NCBI GenBank assembly: GCA_044356295.1
Contig: JBIKWN010000009.1
Location: forward strand, 912 to 64,911
Direction of reading: 5' to 3'
From: Bdellovibrionota bacterium
GTDB lineage: Bacteria > Bdellovibrionota_C > UBA2361 > JBIKWN01
Length of the DNA: 64,000 bases
Below are positions 1 through 10,566 of the stretch, piece after piece. The position numbers were made by a program, and so were the translations under genes. Positions within the stretch are counted from its first letter, which is position 1, and each line of letters opens with the position of its first letter. The notes under the pieces are model-generated. The model ran no database searches. It was given only the letters and a program-made list of their open reading frames with translations, and was not told where the DNA came from.

Positions 1-1665
1 CGACCTTCCGCAAAGAATTGCTGCTTGCATTCCAGGATGAAGGAAAGGATTTTTAGAAGCTTTAAGTGATATATTTTTATTAAGGGACCCAAAAAGGTTT
101 TCTATCACTCCCTTCGTCAGACTAAAAAGATCTGCTTGTGATTCTGGCTGCCTCCACTGTGAATCAAACCATCTGCCGGAAACAATTAATGAAAGAGTCT
201 CTATTTCATTAACCGGAGAATTATTTTGATTGTGTACAGATTCTTGATCTCTTTTTTCAAATACTCGAGAGTATTCATACACTTTAATGGTAGTGACTCC
301 CATTTTTAAATTTTGAGCAGCCACTGATGCTAGATGGAGCACTGTCGTAGTTCGCAAATGAGAGAAACTTGATTCTATAGAGTTCTTAAGAGTTATATGT
401 TTCCCTTGAATCTTGTTGTTCAATGATTCAATAAAGAGAGCATCATCAGCTGAATAAAAACTCTTAGTGATTACTTCATGAAATCCGGCACCGATCAAGC
501 TTGGTTCAATTTTTTCTAGAAAGAGATCCTGTGGATTTTTCTCTGGCGCTTCATAATCGAGTGGTGGAAGTTTTTGCTTAATCTCATTTAAGCCATGCGA
601 ACGAGCAAAATCCTCTACGATATCTTCTTCATTTTTCACATCCCATAGTCTCCAGGAAGGAACAACAACCGAGAATGTTTTAGCCTTACTCGCGGCGTCA
701 TAGGAAACATGATAACCAAGATTTTTAAGCCGAGAAAAAAGCTCGCTTTCATTTAATCGAGGTGAATTGACTTGTTGTTTAAGTTCATTCAGTCGAATTG
801 TAACAATACGTTTCTCAGCGACGACACTTTCAGCAAGGATATGACCAACAAGATTTGCCGAATTAGCAGTGCCGTCTTGTGCAAGATACAGCGCACGTCT
901 TAAAGCAGGAATGACCATTTCGATATCAACACCTCGCTCGAAAGCATGCGAAGCATCTGTTGAAATCCCCATCGCTCTTGCAGTTTTCCTTACTTTAATT
1001 GGATCAAACGTTGCCGACTCAATTAATATTCTTGTTGAATTTTTTTCGACCATTGAATTAGAACATCCAATGACACCAGCAACAGCAATTATTTTCTTTC
1101 TATCTTTTATAACAATTGAATCTGGTGGGACTGTATATGTTTTTCCATCTAATGCTTCAATTGTTTCGCTCTGTGTTGTTAGCTCAACAATAACTTCGCC
1201 ATCAATTTTTTCTTTATCAAACGCATGCATCGGTTGCCCAAGTTCTAGTGCTGTATAATTTAAGACATCAACAATTGCATGTTTTTTATGATCACTTTCT
1301 ATAATTGCCGAGATATCGTCTCGAAGCTTGCAATCAGAAGGTGTAGTAATTTCTAATAAACCATACCTCAAACAGAACTCAGTATTTTTTCGAACAATGA
1401 CATGTGTTTTCTGATCACCAAGATTAGCAAATGACGGAAGCTTTGTTTGACACAAAAAGCGAGCTGAAAGCTCTCGTGCAACTCCAAGAGCAGAAAGATG
1501 ATCCCCCCTATTTGCAAGTGTTTCAATTGTAAAAACCGTATCATGGTTTTTAGTTTCAATCGATTTTACCTCAAGACCAACATCATCAAGAATCCGACGT
1601 AGTTCATGAACGTCTTGAGTAGGAAGTTCAATAAATTTTTCTAAGATGCTTTTATAGAGTTTCAT
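1..1665 (-). CDS. pheT: Phenylalanine-tRNA ligase beta subunit (3' part runs off the window; not in the ORF track)
   Basis: Manual translation from the ATG at 1665, which overlaps the pheS stop (ATGA): MKLYKSILEKFIELP...DDVGLEV...TLANRGDHLSALGVARELS...LELGQPMHAFD...ISTDASHAFERGVD. These are PheT B1/B3-4 motifs, directly downstream of pheS. Confidence 0.95.
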   Translation of the reverse strand, partial: MKLYKSILEKFIELPTQDVHELRRILDDVGLEVKSIETKNHDTVFTIETLANRGDHLSALGVARELSARFLCQTKLPSFANLGDQKTHVIVRKNTEFCLRYGLLEITTPSDCKLRDDISAIIESDHKKHAIVDVLNYTALELGQPMHAFDKEKIDGEVIVELTTQSETIEALDGKTYTVPPDSIVIKDRKKIIAVAGVIGCSNSMVEKNSTRILIESATFDPIKVRKTARAMGISTDASHAFERGVDIEMVIPALRRALYLAQDGTANSANLVGHILAESVVAEKRIVTIRLNELKQQVNSPRLNESELFSRLKNLGYHVSYDAASKAKTFSVVVPSWRLWDVKNEEDIVEDFARSHGLNEIKQKLPPLDYEAPEKNPQDLFLEKIEPSLIGAGFHEVITKSFYSADDALFIESLNNKIQGKHITLKNSIESSFSHLRTTTVLHLASVAAQNLKMGVTTIKVYEYSRVFEKRDQESVHNQNNSPVNEIETLSLIVSGRWFDSQWRQPESQADLFSLTKGVIENLFGSLNKNISLKASKNPFLHPGMQAAILCGRS

Positions 1666-2693
1666 CTTGCTACCTTTGAAAGGACTCGAAGGTCATTATC
1701 ATAGAGGGTTTTTAGCTTTGGAATATCAAAGAGCTGTCCAGCAAGGCGCGATGTACCAAGACCAAACGCAAAACCAGTAACCTCATCTGGATTATAACCA
1801 AACTCAATAAGTACATTTCGATGTATCATTCCTGCACCACCGATTGTTACCCAACCAGATCCTCCACACGCAGGACAACCAGTACCATTACAGATCGAAC
1901 AATTTATTTGGGCTCCAATACTTGGCTCAGTGTACGGATAAAATTTTGGAACAAATCCTACTTTTCTTCTTTTTCCATACACTGACTTTAATATATGAGT
2001 TATCAACGCCATTAAATTTGAAAGTGTTAAACCTTGTTCAAGCCACACAAGCTCAAATTGATGAAACATTGCTTGGTGACTAGCATCTTCAGTTTCGTTT
2101 CGATACACCTTCCCAAACGATGCAATTTTTATAGGCAAACCACCTTCTTTCAGTGTTCGTGCTTGAACTGATGTTGTATGCGTTCTTAACACTTCACCGG
2201 TATCTGTATAAAATGTATCTTGCAAGTCTCTTGCTGGATGATGAGGCGGAATATTGAGTGAATCAAAACAAAAATAGTCAGTTTCAACTTCAGGTCCTAA
2301 GACATTTTTAAAACCAAACGGAGCAAGTATTGCAGACATTTTTCGTTCAATACTTGTAATAGGATGAATACGCCCTATCTTAGTGGATTTTGATGGAAGT
2401 GTGGGATCAAGAAACTCTTTTCGAAGTTTTTCAAGGAGCGTTTTTTCCGAAAAACTTTTCTCGATATCATCAAAAAGCGTTTCGACTTTTATCTTAAACT
2501 CATTTAAGGATGCAGCTATGGCAGGCTTTTGATCTTGAGGAATCTCTCGGAGCTGTTTAAAAAGATCTTTAATCACCCCTTCTTTTCCAAGCCATGAAAC
2601 CTTTAAAGATGTAAAATCTTGCTCGCTCACTGTTGAACTTTCTTTTAAGAGAGCCTCAAAGCTTTCAACAAAATTTATAACACCAAGTTTCAT
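1662..2693 (-). CDS. pheS: Phenylalanine-tRNA ligase alpha subunit
   Basis: HPARDLQDTFY, LRTHTTSVQ, YPYTEPS, GFAFGLG class II motifs; CxxCxGxGCxxC Zn-ribbon insert. Confidence 0.97.
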   Translation of the reverse strand: MKLGVINFVESFEALLKESSTVSEQDFTSLKVSWLGKEGVIKDLFKQLREIPQDQKPAIAASLNEFKIKVETLFDDIEKSFSEKTLLEKLRKEFLDPTLPSKSTKIGRIHPITSIERKMSAILAPFGFKNVLGPEVETDYFCFDSLNIPPHHPARDLQDTFYTDTGEVLRTHTTSVQARTLKEGGLPIKIASFGKVYRNETEDASHQAMFHQFELVWLEQGLTLSNLMALITHILKSVYGKRRKVGFVPKFYPYTEPSIGAQINCSICNGTGCPACGGSGWVTIGGAGMIHRNVLIEFGYNPDEVTGFAFGLGTSRLAGQLFDIPKLKTLYDNDLRVLSKVAR

Positions 2694-2729
2694 GGCGGAA
2701 TCTTTGAAAAATTATTGTACTCAGTTTTT

Positions 2730-3335
2730 TTACTTCTTAGGGAACTTCTGATCAAGAACAGCATTCCACTGTGCAAGTTGATCTTTATGAGCATCAGCTA
2801 AACTTTTCCAATCTCCAGTTATAGTGATTGAATCAATTTTATCACCCTGTGCGATTGCATCCACAACTTCTTGTCCTGAAGTAACCTGTCCAAAAATGGA
2901 ATGTTTACCATCGAGCCAGGGAGTTGCTACATGCGTAATGAAAAACTGACTTCCGTTTGTTCCAGGACCAGCATTTGCCATAGACAACATACCAGGCTTG
3001 TCATGTCTTAATGAATCATCAAATTCATCTTTGAAATTATATCCAGGACCGCCTGTACCATTTCCAACTGGATCACCACCTTGAATCATGAAGTTCGCAA
3101 TGACTCTGTGAAATGAGAGGCCATTGTAATAACCACGATCTGCTAAATTAACAAAGTTTAAAACTGAAATCGGAGTCTTTTCTGGAGTAAGGTCGATTTC
3201 AATAACACCTTTTGAAGTCTTAAAAGTTGCGTGTAATGCCATATTTTTCCCTTTTTCTTGCGCTAATACAGGCAGAGTAAATAAATATACGATTAAGGTC
3301 AAAAATAGGGATAATTTTGAGTTGAAAAGTTTCAT
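2730..3335 (-). CDS. Cyclophilin-type peptidyl-prolyl isomerase, probable signal peptide
   Basis: [42 protein letters not shown]. Confidence 0.95.
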   Translation of the reverse strand: MKLFNSKLSLFLTLIVYLFTLPVLAQEKGKNMALHATFKTSKGVIEIDLTPEKTPISVLNFVNLADRGYYNGLSFHRVIANFMIQGGDPVGNGTGGPGYNFKDEFDDSLRHDKPGMLSMANAGPGTNGSQFFITHVATPWLDGKHSIFGQVTSGQEVVDAIAQGDKIDSITITGDWKSLADAHKDQLAQWNAVLDQKFPKK

Positions 3336-3399
3336 TTGTGCACCTCGTTAAATTTTGGTAAACCCGTGTAAGTTTATAGTCTTTTTTAAGGATCTTTAC

Positions 3400-4182
3400 A
3401 TGACCTATTTTACAAAATCAGTCTTTTCTAGACAGTGGCTTGTTGCCGGCTGTGCTAGTTTAGCTCTTATATGTTCCCATGCATCTGCTCAAGCAAACGA
3501 TAAGCAGTTTGCTGACCAGATGAAAAAATATCTTGCTTCTGCCGAAGGTGAGAGCGAACTTGGCAAAACAGTTGAAAACTACTTTCAAAAGCGCCAACAA
3601 GAGGCAATGAAAGCTGAGGAAGACCGTGCAAAAGCTGAATCAGAGAACCAGTTCAAGAACCCAGTTAAAATTGATCTAGGTAATGCTCCTGTTAAGGGTC
3701 CAGCAAACGCTAAGGTAACTATTGTTGAGTTTTCAGACTTCCAATGCCCTTTCTGCCGACGTGGGAATGACACAGTCGCTCAAGTACTTAAAATGTACCC
3801 TAATGATGTGAAAGTTGCATTCAAACACAAGCCTCTTCCAATGCATGCAGAAGCTGAACCAGCAGCACGTGCTACTTGGGCTGCTCAGAAGCAAAACAAA
3901 TTCTGGGAGATGAATGATGAGCTATTTGCAAACCAAGATAAGCTATCCTCTGCGTTTTACGAAGAAGCAGCTAAAAAACTTGGTCTGAACGTTGATCAAT
4001 TTAAGAAAGATATGGCGTCTCCTGAGGCAGCAGCTGCAGTGAAAGCTGATGCTGAGCTAGGAGATAAACTTGGTGTTCAAGGAACTCCAAACTTCTTTGT
4101 TAATGGTGTTGCTGTTCGTGGCGCATATCCAGCAGATCATTTCAAAGGAATTATCGATCGTTGGTTAAAAGGTGGTAAGTAG
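3400..4182 (+). CDS. DsbA/thioredoxin-domain periplasmic protein
   Basis: EFSDFQCPFC and GVQGTPNFFVNG motifs. The ATG at 3400 is preceded by AAGGA and followed by a signal peptide. Confidence 0.9.
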   Translation: MTYFTKSVFSRQWLVAGCASLALICSHASAQANDKQFADQMKKYLASAEGESELGKTVENYFQKRQQEAMKAEEDRAKAESENQFKNPVKIDLGNAPVKGPANAKVTIVEFSDFQCPFCRRGNDTVAQVLKMYPNDVKVAFKHKPLPMHAEAEPAARATWAAQKQNKFWEMNDELFANQDKLSSAFYEEAAKKLGLNVDQFKKDMASPEAAAAVKADAELGDKLGVQGTPNFFVNGVAVRGAYPADHFKGIIDRWLKGGK

Positions 4183-4221
4183 TACCCCTTTGAATTGAGG
4201 GTACAATCCCCTCTCAAACGT

Positions 4222-4252
4222 AAGAGCACTGAGCAATCAGTGCTCTTTTTTT
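4222..4252 (+). terminator. Rho-independent terminator
   Basis: AAGAGCACTGA-GCAA-TCAGTGCTCTT hairpin followed by a T-run, between convergent genes. Confidence 0.85.
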
Positions 4253-4267
4253 ATTCAAATAAAAGTT

Positions 4268-5203
4268 CTACAGAAGAATTGTTTTACCAAAAGCACTTTC
4301 TAAAAGACGAAGAGATAACTGCAGAGAAGCATCGTCGGTATCAATCTCAGGATTAAGCTCTACAAACTCTACGCTCAAAAGATTAGGAACCATGCATACT
4401 GTTTCCATGATGTAATGGGCTTCTCGCTCTGTGAGTCCACCTGATACTGGTGTTCCAACACCAGGGGCAATCACTGGATCACAGACATCAAGATCAAAGG
4501 AAACTACAATGCCATCTGTCTTTCCTTGCAGATATGAAAAAGCGTCACGAGTCACTTTTGCAATTCCGTTTTCATCAATATCTCTCATTGTGTACGCGCG
4601 GATATTTAAGTCTTTTATCAACTGCTTTTCGCCCGCATCTACATCACGCAAACCAATGTAAACAAGATTTATAGGTTTTAGTGGAGGTCTTCCAGAAATC
4701 AGTGATGTCAAGCGTGGGTCTCCTAATCCCATTAAAACTGCTAAAGGCATTCCATGAATATTACCTGATGGAGTTGTCTCTGTTGTATTAATGTCAGCAT
4801 GTGTATCTACCCAGATAACGCCGATCTCAGCATTATCCCCATGGACAGACCTTAAGTAGTGGGCTGCTGTATTGATAGAGCTAATAGACAGGGCATGGTC
4901 TCCTCCAACAACGATAGGGCGATGTCCGTTATTGTAAACCTCAAGTGTTGCTTCAGAGAGGTCTTTATGGAACTCAAGAAATTCTTGGTAATGTTTTAAT
5001 TTAGGTTCGTCTGGGAAAGTCGATTCAAAAAAGGGGCGAATTACTTTGCCTAAATTTACGTCCAATCCAAGGTTAGTAAGCCTTTCAACCAATCCTGCTT
5101 TTAGGATAGCTTGAGGTCCGAACGCAGCACCTTTCCTACTGGAACCTAGGCCATACGATGCACCAACAAAACTCCATGGACGTTTATAAAAGGGATCATT
5201 CAT
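4268..5203 (-). CDS. rocF: Arginase
   Basis: GGDHA, DTHADIN, SGNIHGMP, SFDLDVCDP..APGVGTPV.GG Mn-binding motifs. Confidence 0.93.
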   Translation of the reverse strand: MNDPFYKRPWSFVGASYGLGSSRKGAAFGPQAILKAGLVERLTNLGLDVNLGKVIRPFFESTFPDEPKLKHYQEFLEFHKDLSEATLEVYNNGHRPIVVGGDHALSISSINTAAHYLRSVHGDNAEIGVIWVDTHADINTTETTPSGNIHGMPLAVLMGLGDPRLTSLISGRPPLKPINLVYIGLRDVDAGEKQLIKDLNIRAYTMRDIDENGIAKVTRDAFSYLQGKTDGIVVSFDLDVCDPVIAPGVGTPVSGGLTEREAHYIMETVCMVPNLLSVEFVELNPEIDTDDASLQLSLRLLESAFGKTILL

Positions 5204-5243
5204 ACTCTCACCATAAAAATTTTCTTAGGATATCCTCACCTCT

Positions 5244-6953
5244 ATGACTGCAACGTCAAAATCTTCGTCCTCATTATTTAGAGGAACTGCAATTGTTGCA
5301 AGCCTTACACTACTGAGTCGAATACTTGGATTCTTTCGTGAAGTTCTTGTTGCTCGACTATTTGGTGCCTCTTTAATTGCTGATACCTATTTTGTAGCAC
5401 TTCGAATTCCAAATATGCTTCGAAGTATTTTTGCTGAAGGAGCCCTTACCTCTGCTTTTATACCGGTATTTGCTGAGAGGATTAAAGAAGGTGACACTTC
5501 AGCACATAAAGCCTTTTGTTCAATTGCTACAAGTCTGATTCTTGTCACTTCATTATTTAGTATCGTTGGAATTTATTTTGCTGAAGCTGTGGTTTCCTTT
5601 GTGGCACCTGGTTTTACTTCTAATCCTGAACAATTTGCTCTTGCAGTTAAACTTACACAGATTATGTTTCCGTATATCATCTGCGTAAGCCTTATCACAC
5701 TTTTCAATGGCGCTCTCAATTCACTTCATATCTTTGGAATCTCTGCATTAGCACAAGTTGTTATGAACCTTGTACTGATTATTGGTGCCTACCTTGCTGC
5801 GTATTACGAAAAAACTGAAGCAGCCTATTTCCTTTCTTACTCGGTTGTATTTGGAGGAGTATTACAAGTTCTGACCCAAATGCCAGCACTGAAAAAAGCA
5901 GGATTCCCCCTACTATTTTTGGGTAACCCTTTTTCTAAAAGCACGATCTCTGTTTGTGTCCTTATGATTCCAGCAGTGCTTGGTGCAAATCTATATCAAT
6001 TAACAATTTTTATAAGTACCCAACTTGCCTCAAGTCTAGAGGCAGGATCTGTTGCTTGGCTCTCTTTTGCAGATAGATTTGTGCAACTACCGGTTGGAGT
6101 TATTACCATTGCTCTTTCATCTGTACTCCTACCAACACTAGCACGAACCGCATCAGAAAATAATTCCAAAGAGTTCAATAAAGCACTCATTGATTCTCTA
6201 CGATTTACAGTTTTTTTAATGATCCCTACAGCTGTTGGTATTATTTGCTTCGCTCCATATCTTGTATCTTTACTGTTAGAGCGTGGAGCTTTTGATGCTC
6301 ATGCAGCTCTTAATACCGCTTATGTGGCAAGAGCGTATGCGATTGGCCTCATTCCTATCAGCCTTCATGCTCTTCTTATACGAGCTCTTCAAGCGAAAAA
6401 AGATACGCTTACTCCTACATTAATTGGATGTGTCACCCTTTTTACGACATTGATTTTTTGTTTACTTCTTATAGGTCCACTCCCTCGATACGATGAGGGA
6501 CAAATCTCTGTAGGGTTCTTACAGGCATGCCTTTATAACTTTTTAAACTCAATCGGTGGTGAACCTGTTGTTGCAGCGACAACGCTTTATCAGTTAGGAG
6601 CTATTGGACTTGCTCTAGGATCATCCCTTTCTATGCTGTGTACAGCTATTTTTTCTGGACTTATTGTTGCAAAACGAAATCCCACACTACATTGGAGCCC
6701 GCTTTGGATTGCAACCCTTAAAACATCGATTTGTACAGCTATTGCCGCACTATGTTCATTGCCGGTTATTGTTCGATCTTTAATTCCACTCTCTAATACA
6801 CATTCCTTTGAAATCTTAAGAATAGTATTGTTTTCTTTAATTCTATTTCTAGGTTTAAAAGTACTAAATTCTTCAGAATTCAAGGAAACTTTCGAAAAAA
6901 TAAGACGATTCCCTTTATATGGCAAATGGAATCGTTCAAGTAAACAAACTTAA
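5244..6953 (+). CDS. murJ: Lipid II flippase MurJ
   Basis: LSRILGFFRE, RIPNMLRSIFAEGAL, ADRFVQLPVG, ERGAFD; many TM segments. Confidence 0.95.
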   Translation: MTATSKSSSSLFRGTAIVASLTLLSRILGFFREVLVARLFGASLIADTYFVALRIPNMLRSIFAEGALTSAFIPVFAERIKEGDTSAHKAFCSIATSLILVTSLFSIVGIYFAEAVVSFVAPGFTSNPEQFALAVKLTQIMFPYIICVSLITLFNGALNSLHIFGISALAQVVMNLVLIIGAYLAAYYEKTEAAYFLSYSVVFGGVLQVLTQMPALKKAGFPLLFLGNPFSKSTISVCVLMIPAVLGANLYQLTIFISTQLASSLEAGSVAWLSFADRFVQLPVGVITIALSSVLLPTLARTASENNSKEFNKALIDSLRFTVFLMIPTAVGIICFAPYLVSLLLERGAFDAHAALNTAYVARAYAIGLIPISLHALLIRALQAKKDTLTPTLIGCVTLFTTLIFCLLLIGPLPRYDEGQISVGFLQACLYNFLNSIGGEPVVAATTLYQLGAIGLALGSSLSMLCTAIFSGLIVAKRNPTLHWSPLWIATLKTSICTAIAALCSLPVIVRSLIPLSNTHSFEILRIVLFSLILFLGLKVLNSSEFKETFEKIRRFPLYGKWNRSSKQT

Positions 6954-7542
6954 AGCAGTTGATTTTTCTGCTATTCAAAAAAAAGCAGTGACTTTAGAAG
7001 AGGCTTGTCTTTTAGAGCATTCTAAGAAGTTAGCACTTCGATTATTAAAAAATATACGAAAAAAAAGAGCTTTGATACTCAAGGCAGCAGAAGAACGTGG
7101 TTATTCGAAAGGACTTATCTTAGGACAGCAAGAAGCCTTAAGAGCTTTTTCAAAAACAACATCCGAGATTCGTACTTTCAAAAAATACCTTGAACAACGT
7201 TGCTATAATGATGTTGAAGAAACCATAACAACTGTTCTTTTAGAACGACCAGAGAGCTATAAACTCATTACTTCAAAAATCTTAAAAACAATTAAAAGCA
7301 GGATTCGACATATTCCAATTATAAAAGTTATCTGCCATACAAGTAATAAAACTGTTCTTGAACAGTTTCGAGAAGATGAAAAGCTCAACTTTATAATCGA
7401 TGCTTCAGCACAAGAACAAAAAAAGAGTCTTATATGTATTACTCCAACAGGGTTATTAGAAATTAAGATTGAAGAGGCACTCTCAGAGGAAGTCAAAAAT
7501 AGTTTAAAAAAATTATCTGGCAAATCCCATGATTCGAATTGA
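6919..7542 (+). CDS. FliH/SctL-like stator protein (divergent)
   Basis: AEERGYSKGLILGQQEA (AxxxG(xxxG)nxxxA) repeat and C-terminal CITPTGLLE; overlaps the downstream FliI-type ATPase. Confidence 0.65.
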   Translation: MANGIVQVNKLKAVDFSAIQKKAVTLEEACLLEHSKKLALRLLKNIRKKRALILKAAEERGYSKGLILGQQEALRAFSKTTSEIRTFKKYLEQRCYNDVEETITTVLLERPESYKLITSKILKTIKSRIRHIPIIKVICHTSNKTVLEQFREDEKLNFIIDASAQEQKKSLICITPTGLLEIKIEEALSEEVKNSLKKLSGKSHDSN

Positions 7543-8827
7543 GAGTACGGGTTCAATAGTTCAAAGCACACAAACATCAATGACTGCTATGCTTCCGTTG
7601 TCTGGCATTGGTGATTACTGTGAGGTTATTTCTCGTCAAGGGGACAGAGTCCCAAGCGAAGTAATAGGACTCTCACAAAATTCCTGTACGTTGGCTCCTC
7701 TCGAGAAATCTGCCTCAATTAGTGGAGGTGATTTCGTAAAATGCTTTGGTCAAACTATCCAAATTGAAGTCCCTGATCCTCCTTTTGGATATCTTCTTGA
7801 TGGATTAGGGCGTGGCACTCATATTTCACCAGAAAAAATATTTTCAGAAATTGAATCTCATCACCAGCAAACTCAACGAATCAAAGAATCTTTGACGACA
7901 TCCCCGTTTCAAAGAACCTCACTCCATAAACAAGCAGTCACAGGTATTAAAGTAATTGATACTCTCCTTCCGATTGCTCAAGGACAACGAATTGGAATTT
8001 TTGCTAGTGCAGGTCTTGGAAAATCAACCCTCCTAGCCTCTATGGCACAACATTTTGAATGTGATTGTTGCGTAGTCGCTTTAATTGGAGAGCGTGGTAG
8101 AGAAGTCAAAGAATTTATTGATAGTTTATCTAGGTCTACTTTAGAAAAAACAGTTGTCGTTGCTTCTACAAGTAATGAACTTCCCCTCATGAGGATGAAA
8201 GCGGCTCATACTGCACTTTCAATTGCTGAAACATATCGAGAACAAGGGAAGCATGTTCTATTCATAATGGATTCTTTGACAAGATTTGCACGTGCACTTC
8301 GTGATATCGGCCTTGCTTCAAATGAACTTCCTGTACGTCAAGGATATCCAAGTTCAGTATATTGTAAGCTTCCAGAATTTATTGAACGTGCAGGAAATGA
8401 TCAAAATGGTTCAATTACGGCCTTCTATACAGTACTAACAAATCAAGACGGTACCGAAGATCCTCTTGCAGATGAAATCCGAAGCCTTCTTGATGGACAT
8501 TTTTATCTATCTCAAAAAATTTCAAATCAAAATATTCGACCTTCAATTGACCTGAATAAATCGATTTCTCGTCTCACTCGTTCTCTGCTCACGAATGACC
8601 AATTAAAAGCACAACAGTATATGATTCGATTAATTAATAAATGGCAAAGTGAAAAAGAGTTTGTTCTCTTTGGAGCAGAGCTTGATACTGAAATGAAATC
8701 GATTTTAACCCACGAACAGCTTCTTATAGAATTTCTTTCACAACAACCCGATGAATACTTCAATCTTCATTCTTCAAAAGCTTTGTTACACAAAATAATT
8801 AATAAGATTCAAGGCAATTCAAATTAG
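7529..8827 (+). CDS. FliI/SctN family type III export ATPase
   Basis: GQRIGIFASAGLGKSTLL, ALIGERGREVKEF, MDSLTRFARA, DPLADEIRSLLDGH. Confidence 0.92.
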   Translation: MIRIESTGSIVQSTQTSMTAMLPLSGIGDYCEVISRQGDRVPSEVIGLSQNSCTLAPLEKSASISGGDFVKCFGQTIQIEVPDPPFGYLLDGLGRGTHISPEKIFSEIESHHQQTQRIKESLTTSPFQRTSLHKQAVTGIKVIDTLLPIAQGQRIGIFASAGLGKSTLLASMAQHFECDCCVVALIGERGREVKEFIDSLSRSTLEKTVVVASTSNELPLMRMKAAHTALSIAETYREQGKHVLFIMDSLTRFARALRDIGLASNELPVRQGYPSSVYCKLPEFIERAGNDQNGSITAFYTVLTNQDGTEDPLADEIRSLLDGHFYLSQKISNQNIRPSIDLNKSISRLTRSLLTNDQLKAQQYMIRLINKWQSEKEFVLFGAELDTEMKSILTHEQLLIEFLSQQPDEYFNLHSSKALLHKIINKIQGNSN

Positions 8828-8829
8828 AA

Positions 8830-9459
8830 TCATCCCCATGCATAATTGAAACTTACCGAGATCCTATCTTGCTTTGAAGGATTCGAAGAAACTTGATGTC
8901 GCAGCCAACTTTCAAAGAGCACTACATTTCCAGCCTGGGCGGGATAAGAGATCATCGTTCCATCTTTTCCAAATTTATCTGTTTGTCTTGGTGGTGAGGC
9001 CATAAACATGGGAAGTCTTGGATCTTCAAATTCAATAGAAGAACAGCCTGGGGGTGTCTGTATGTAATAGGTTCCACTTATAACTGATAACGGATGTAAA
9101 TGAAGACTATGGGTGACCGCAGTTGGCATAATATTGAGCCAAAAATCACTCATGACTAAAGGTCGCCCTCCTAAATTAAGTTTAAGTTCTGAAGCGTACT
9201 GATACACTTTTTTTCTAATAATTTTTTCTAACGATATAAATGAGTGTGACCGCTCATGGAGATTGGGAATAGAACTATATGAAGTATATCCACCTGGATA
9301 ATTTTTCTTACACCACGTATGACCAATTTTATCGATAGATTGTATTCGGTAACATTCATCAATGAGATCCTTATTAATTCGATCTGCTTTTTTTTTGTCG
9401 AAAAGTGCATCACAAAATATTGACGTAGCGAAGTGTTGCTCTATTTTTTTTCTTTTCAT
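8830..9459 (-). CDS. Putative 2OG-Fe(II) oxygenase (TIGR02466-like)
   Basis: HSLHLHPLSVISGTYY, FEDPR, LFESWLRHQV, RISVSFNY. Confidence 0.85.
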   Translation of the reverse strand: MKRKKIEQHFATSIFCDALFDKKKADRINKDLIDECYRIQSIDKIGHTWCKKNYPGGYTSYSSIPNLHERSHSFISLEKIIRKKVYQYASELKLNLGGRPLVMSDFWLNIMPTAVTHSLHLHPLSVISGTYYIQTPPGCSSIEFEDPRLPMFMASPPRQTDKFGKDGTMISYPAQAGNVVLFESWLRHQVSSNPSKQDRISVSFNYAWG

Positions 9460-10166
9460 AAATTATTTTGTTTAATGTATTGATTGAGCGCGGCTAATTT
9501 TTCAGGAGACCCCATATCTATCCAATACGAGGATGACATATCAAATCCTTGTACTGTACTCCCGGCAGAAACTGCACTAAAAAATACTGGTATCGTTGAG
9601 AATTCGCCAGTATAGGCTTCTAAGAAATCAAATATACTAAAAGATAGTACTTGAATTCCTGAGAATCCATACGGATTGCCACCTTGTTGATCTTCTTGAT
9701 TGAGCTTTGGTATTAGTTTTAAGGATTCATCAAAAAAAAGTTGTCGCTTTGTTTCTCGTGCAGTAACTGCAAGAGTTGCAATTGGATTTTCATAAAGATG
9801 TTTTTGATATACATCAGTTAACTTTACATCACTCCAAACATCACTATTATGGAGAAAGAATGGTTTTCCATCATCAAAGAATTGTTTTGCATTTTTAAGC
9901 CCACCACCTGTTCCAAGAATTGAATCTTCATACGAGAACTCAATCCGGAGTCCAAACGAATTTTTATCTGAAATATATTTTTTTATTTGCTCGGGAAGGT
10001 AATGAAGATTGATTATGATATCAGTAACGCCTGCAGCTTTTAATTGCAGAATAACTCTTTCTAACATGGTGGAACCGTTTGCTAAGGGCACCAAGCATTT
10101 TGGAATAGTTTTAGTCAGTTCTTTTAGACGTGTCCCAAGACCTGCTGCAAGAATCATGGCTTTCAT
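9456..10166 (-). CDS. murU: Nucleotidyltransferase, MurU-like (MurNAc-1-P uridylyltransferase)
   Basis: MKAMILAAGLGTRL...PKCLV, LGTGGGL, WIDMG; in an operon with an AmgK-like kinase. Likely start is the ATG at 10166. Confidence 0.75.
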   Translation of the reverse strand: MKAMILAAGLGTRLKELTKTIPKCLVPLANGSTMLERVILQLKAAGVTDIIINLHYLPEQIKKYISDKNSFGLRIEFSYEDSILGTGGGLKNAKQFFDDGKPFFLHNSDVWSDVKLTDVYQKHLYENPIATLAVTARETKRQLFFDESLKLIPKLNQEDQQGGNPYGFSGIQVLSFSIFDFLEAYTGEFSTIPVFFSAVSAGSTVQGFDMSSSYWIDMGSPEKLAALNQYIKQNNL

Positions 10167-10176
10167 AAAATCTAAC

Positions 10177-10566
10177 TCAAAAAGTCGGACAGTCTCTATG
10201 AACAAGTTCAATAGAGAGCGTTTTATCTTCACTAAGTTTTTTTGTAAGCATTTCCGCAAAATAGACTGATCTGTGTTGTCCACCAGTACAACCAAACTGC
10301 ACAGATAGATAATCAAAACCACGTTCTCGGTAACTGTCTATGGCACCAAGTACGATCTGTTGTAGTGCATTAAAAAATAGAGGTGTTTCAGGAAGCGCAT
10401 CAATATAGTTCTGCACTTCAGTATCTTTTCCAGTTTTTTCTTTATACTGAGTTTCTCGCCCTGGATTTTTTATAAAACGACAATCAAAAACAAAACCACC
10501 TCCATGCGGAGTCGTATCTAGGGGATAACCTTTCCGATAAGAGAAACTGCCGATTGATATTTTCAT
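10177..10566 (-). CDS. Stand-alone RapZ C-terminal-domain protein
   Basis: SFSYRKGYP, GGGFVFDCR...NPGR, FGCTGGQHRSVYFAE. Confidence 0.85.
   Translation of the reverse strand: MKISIGSFSYRKGYPLDTTPHGGGFVFDCRFIKNPGRETQYKEKTGKDTEVQNYIDALPETPLFFNALQQIVLGAIDSYRERGFDYLSVQFGCTGGQHRSVYFAEMLTKKLSEDKTLSIELVHRDCPTF

Noticed and set aside
869-1559. ORF-track entries 869-1258 (+) and 1368-1559 (-), and similar short ORFs overlapping long genes throughout the window
   Set aside because: They are antisense or out-of-frame shadows of well-supported genes (here pheT) and have no recognisable motifs.
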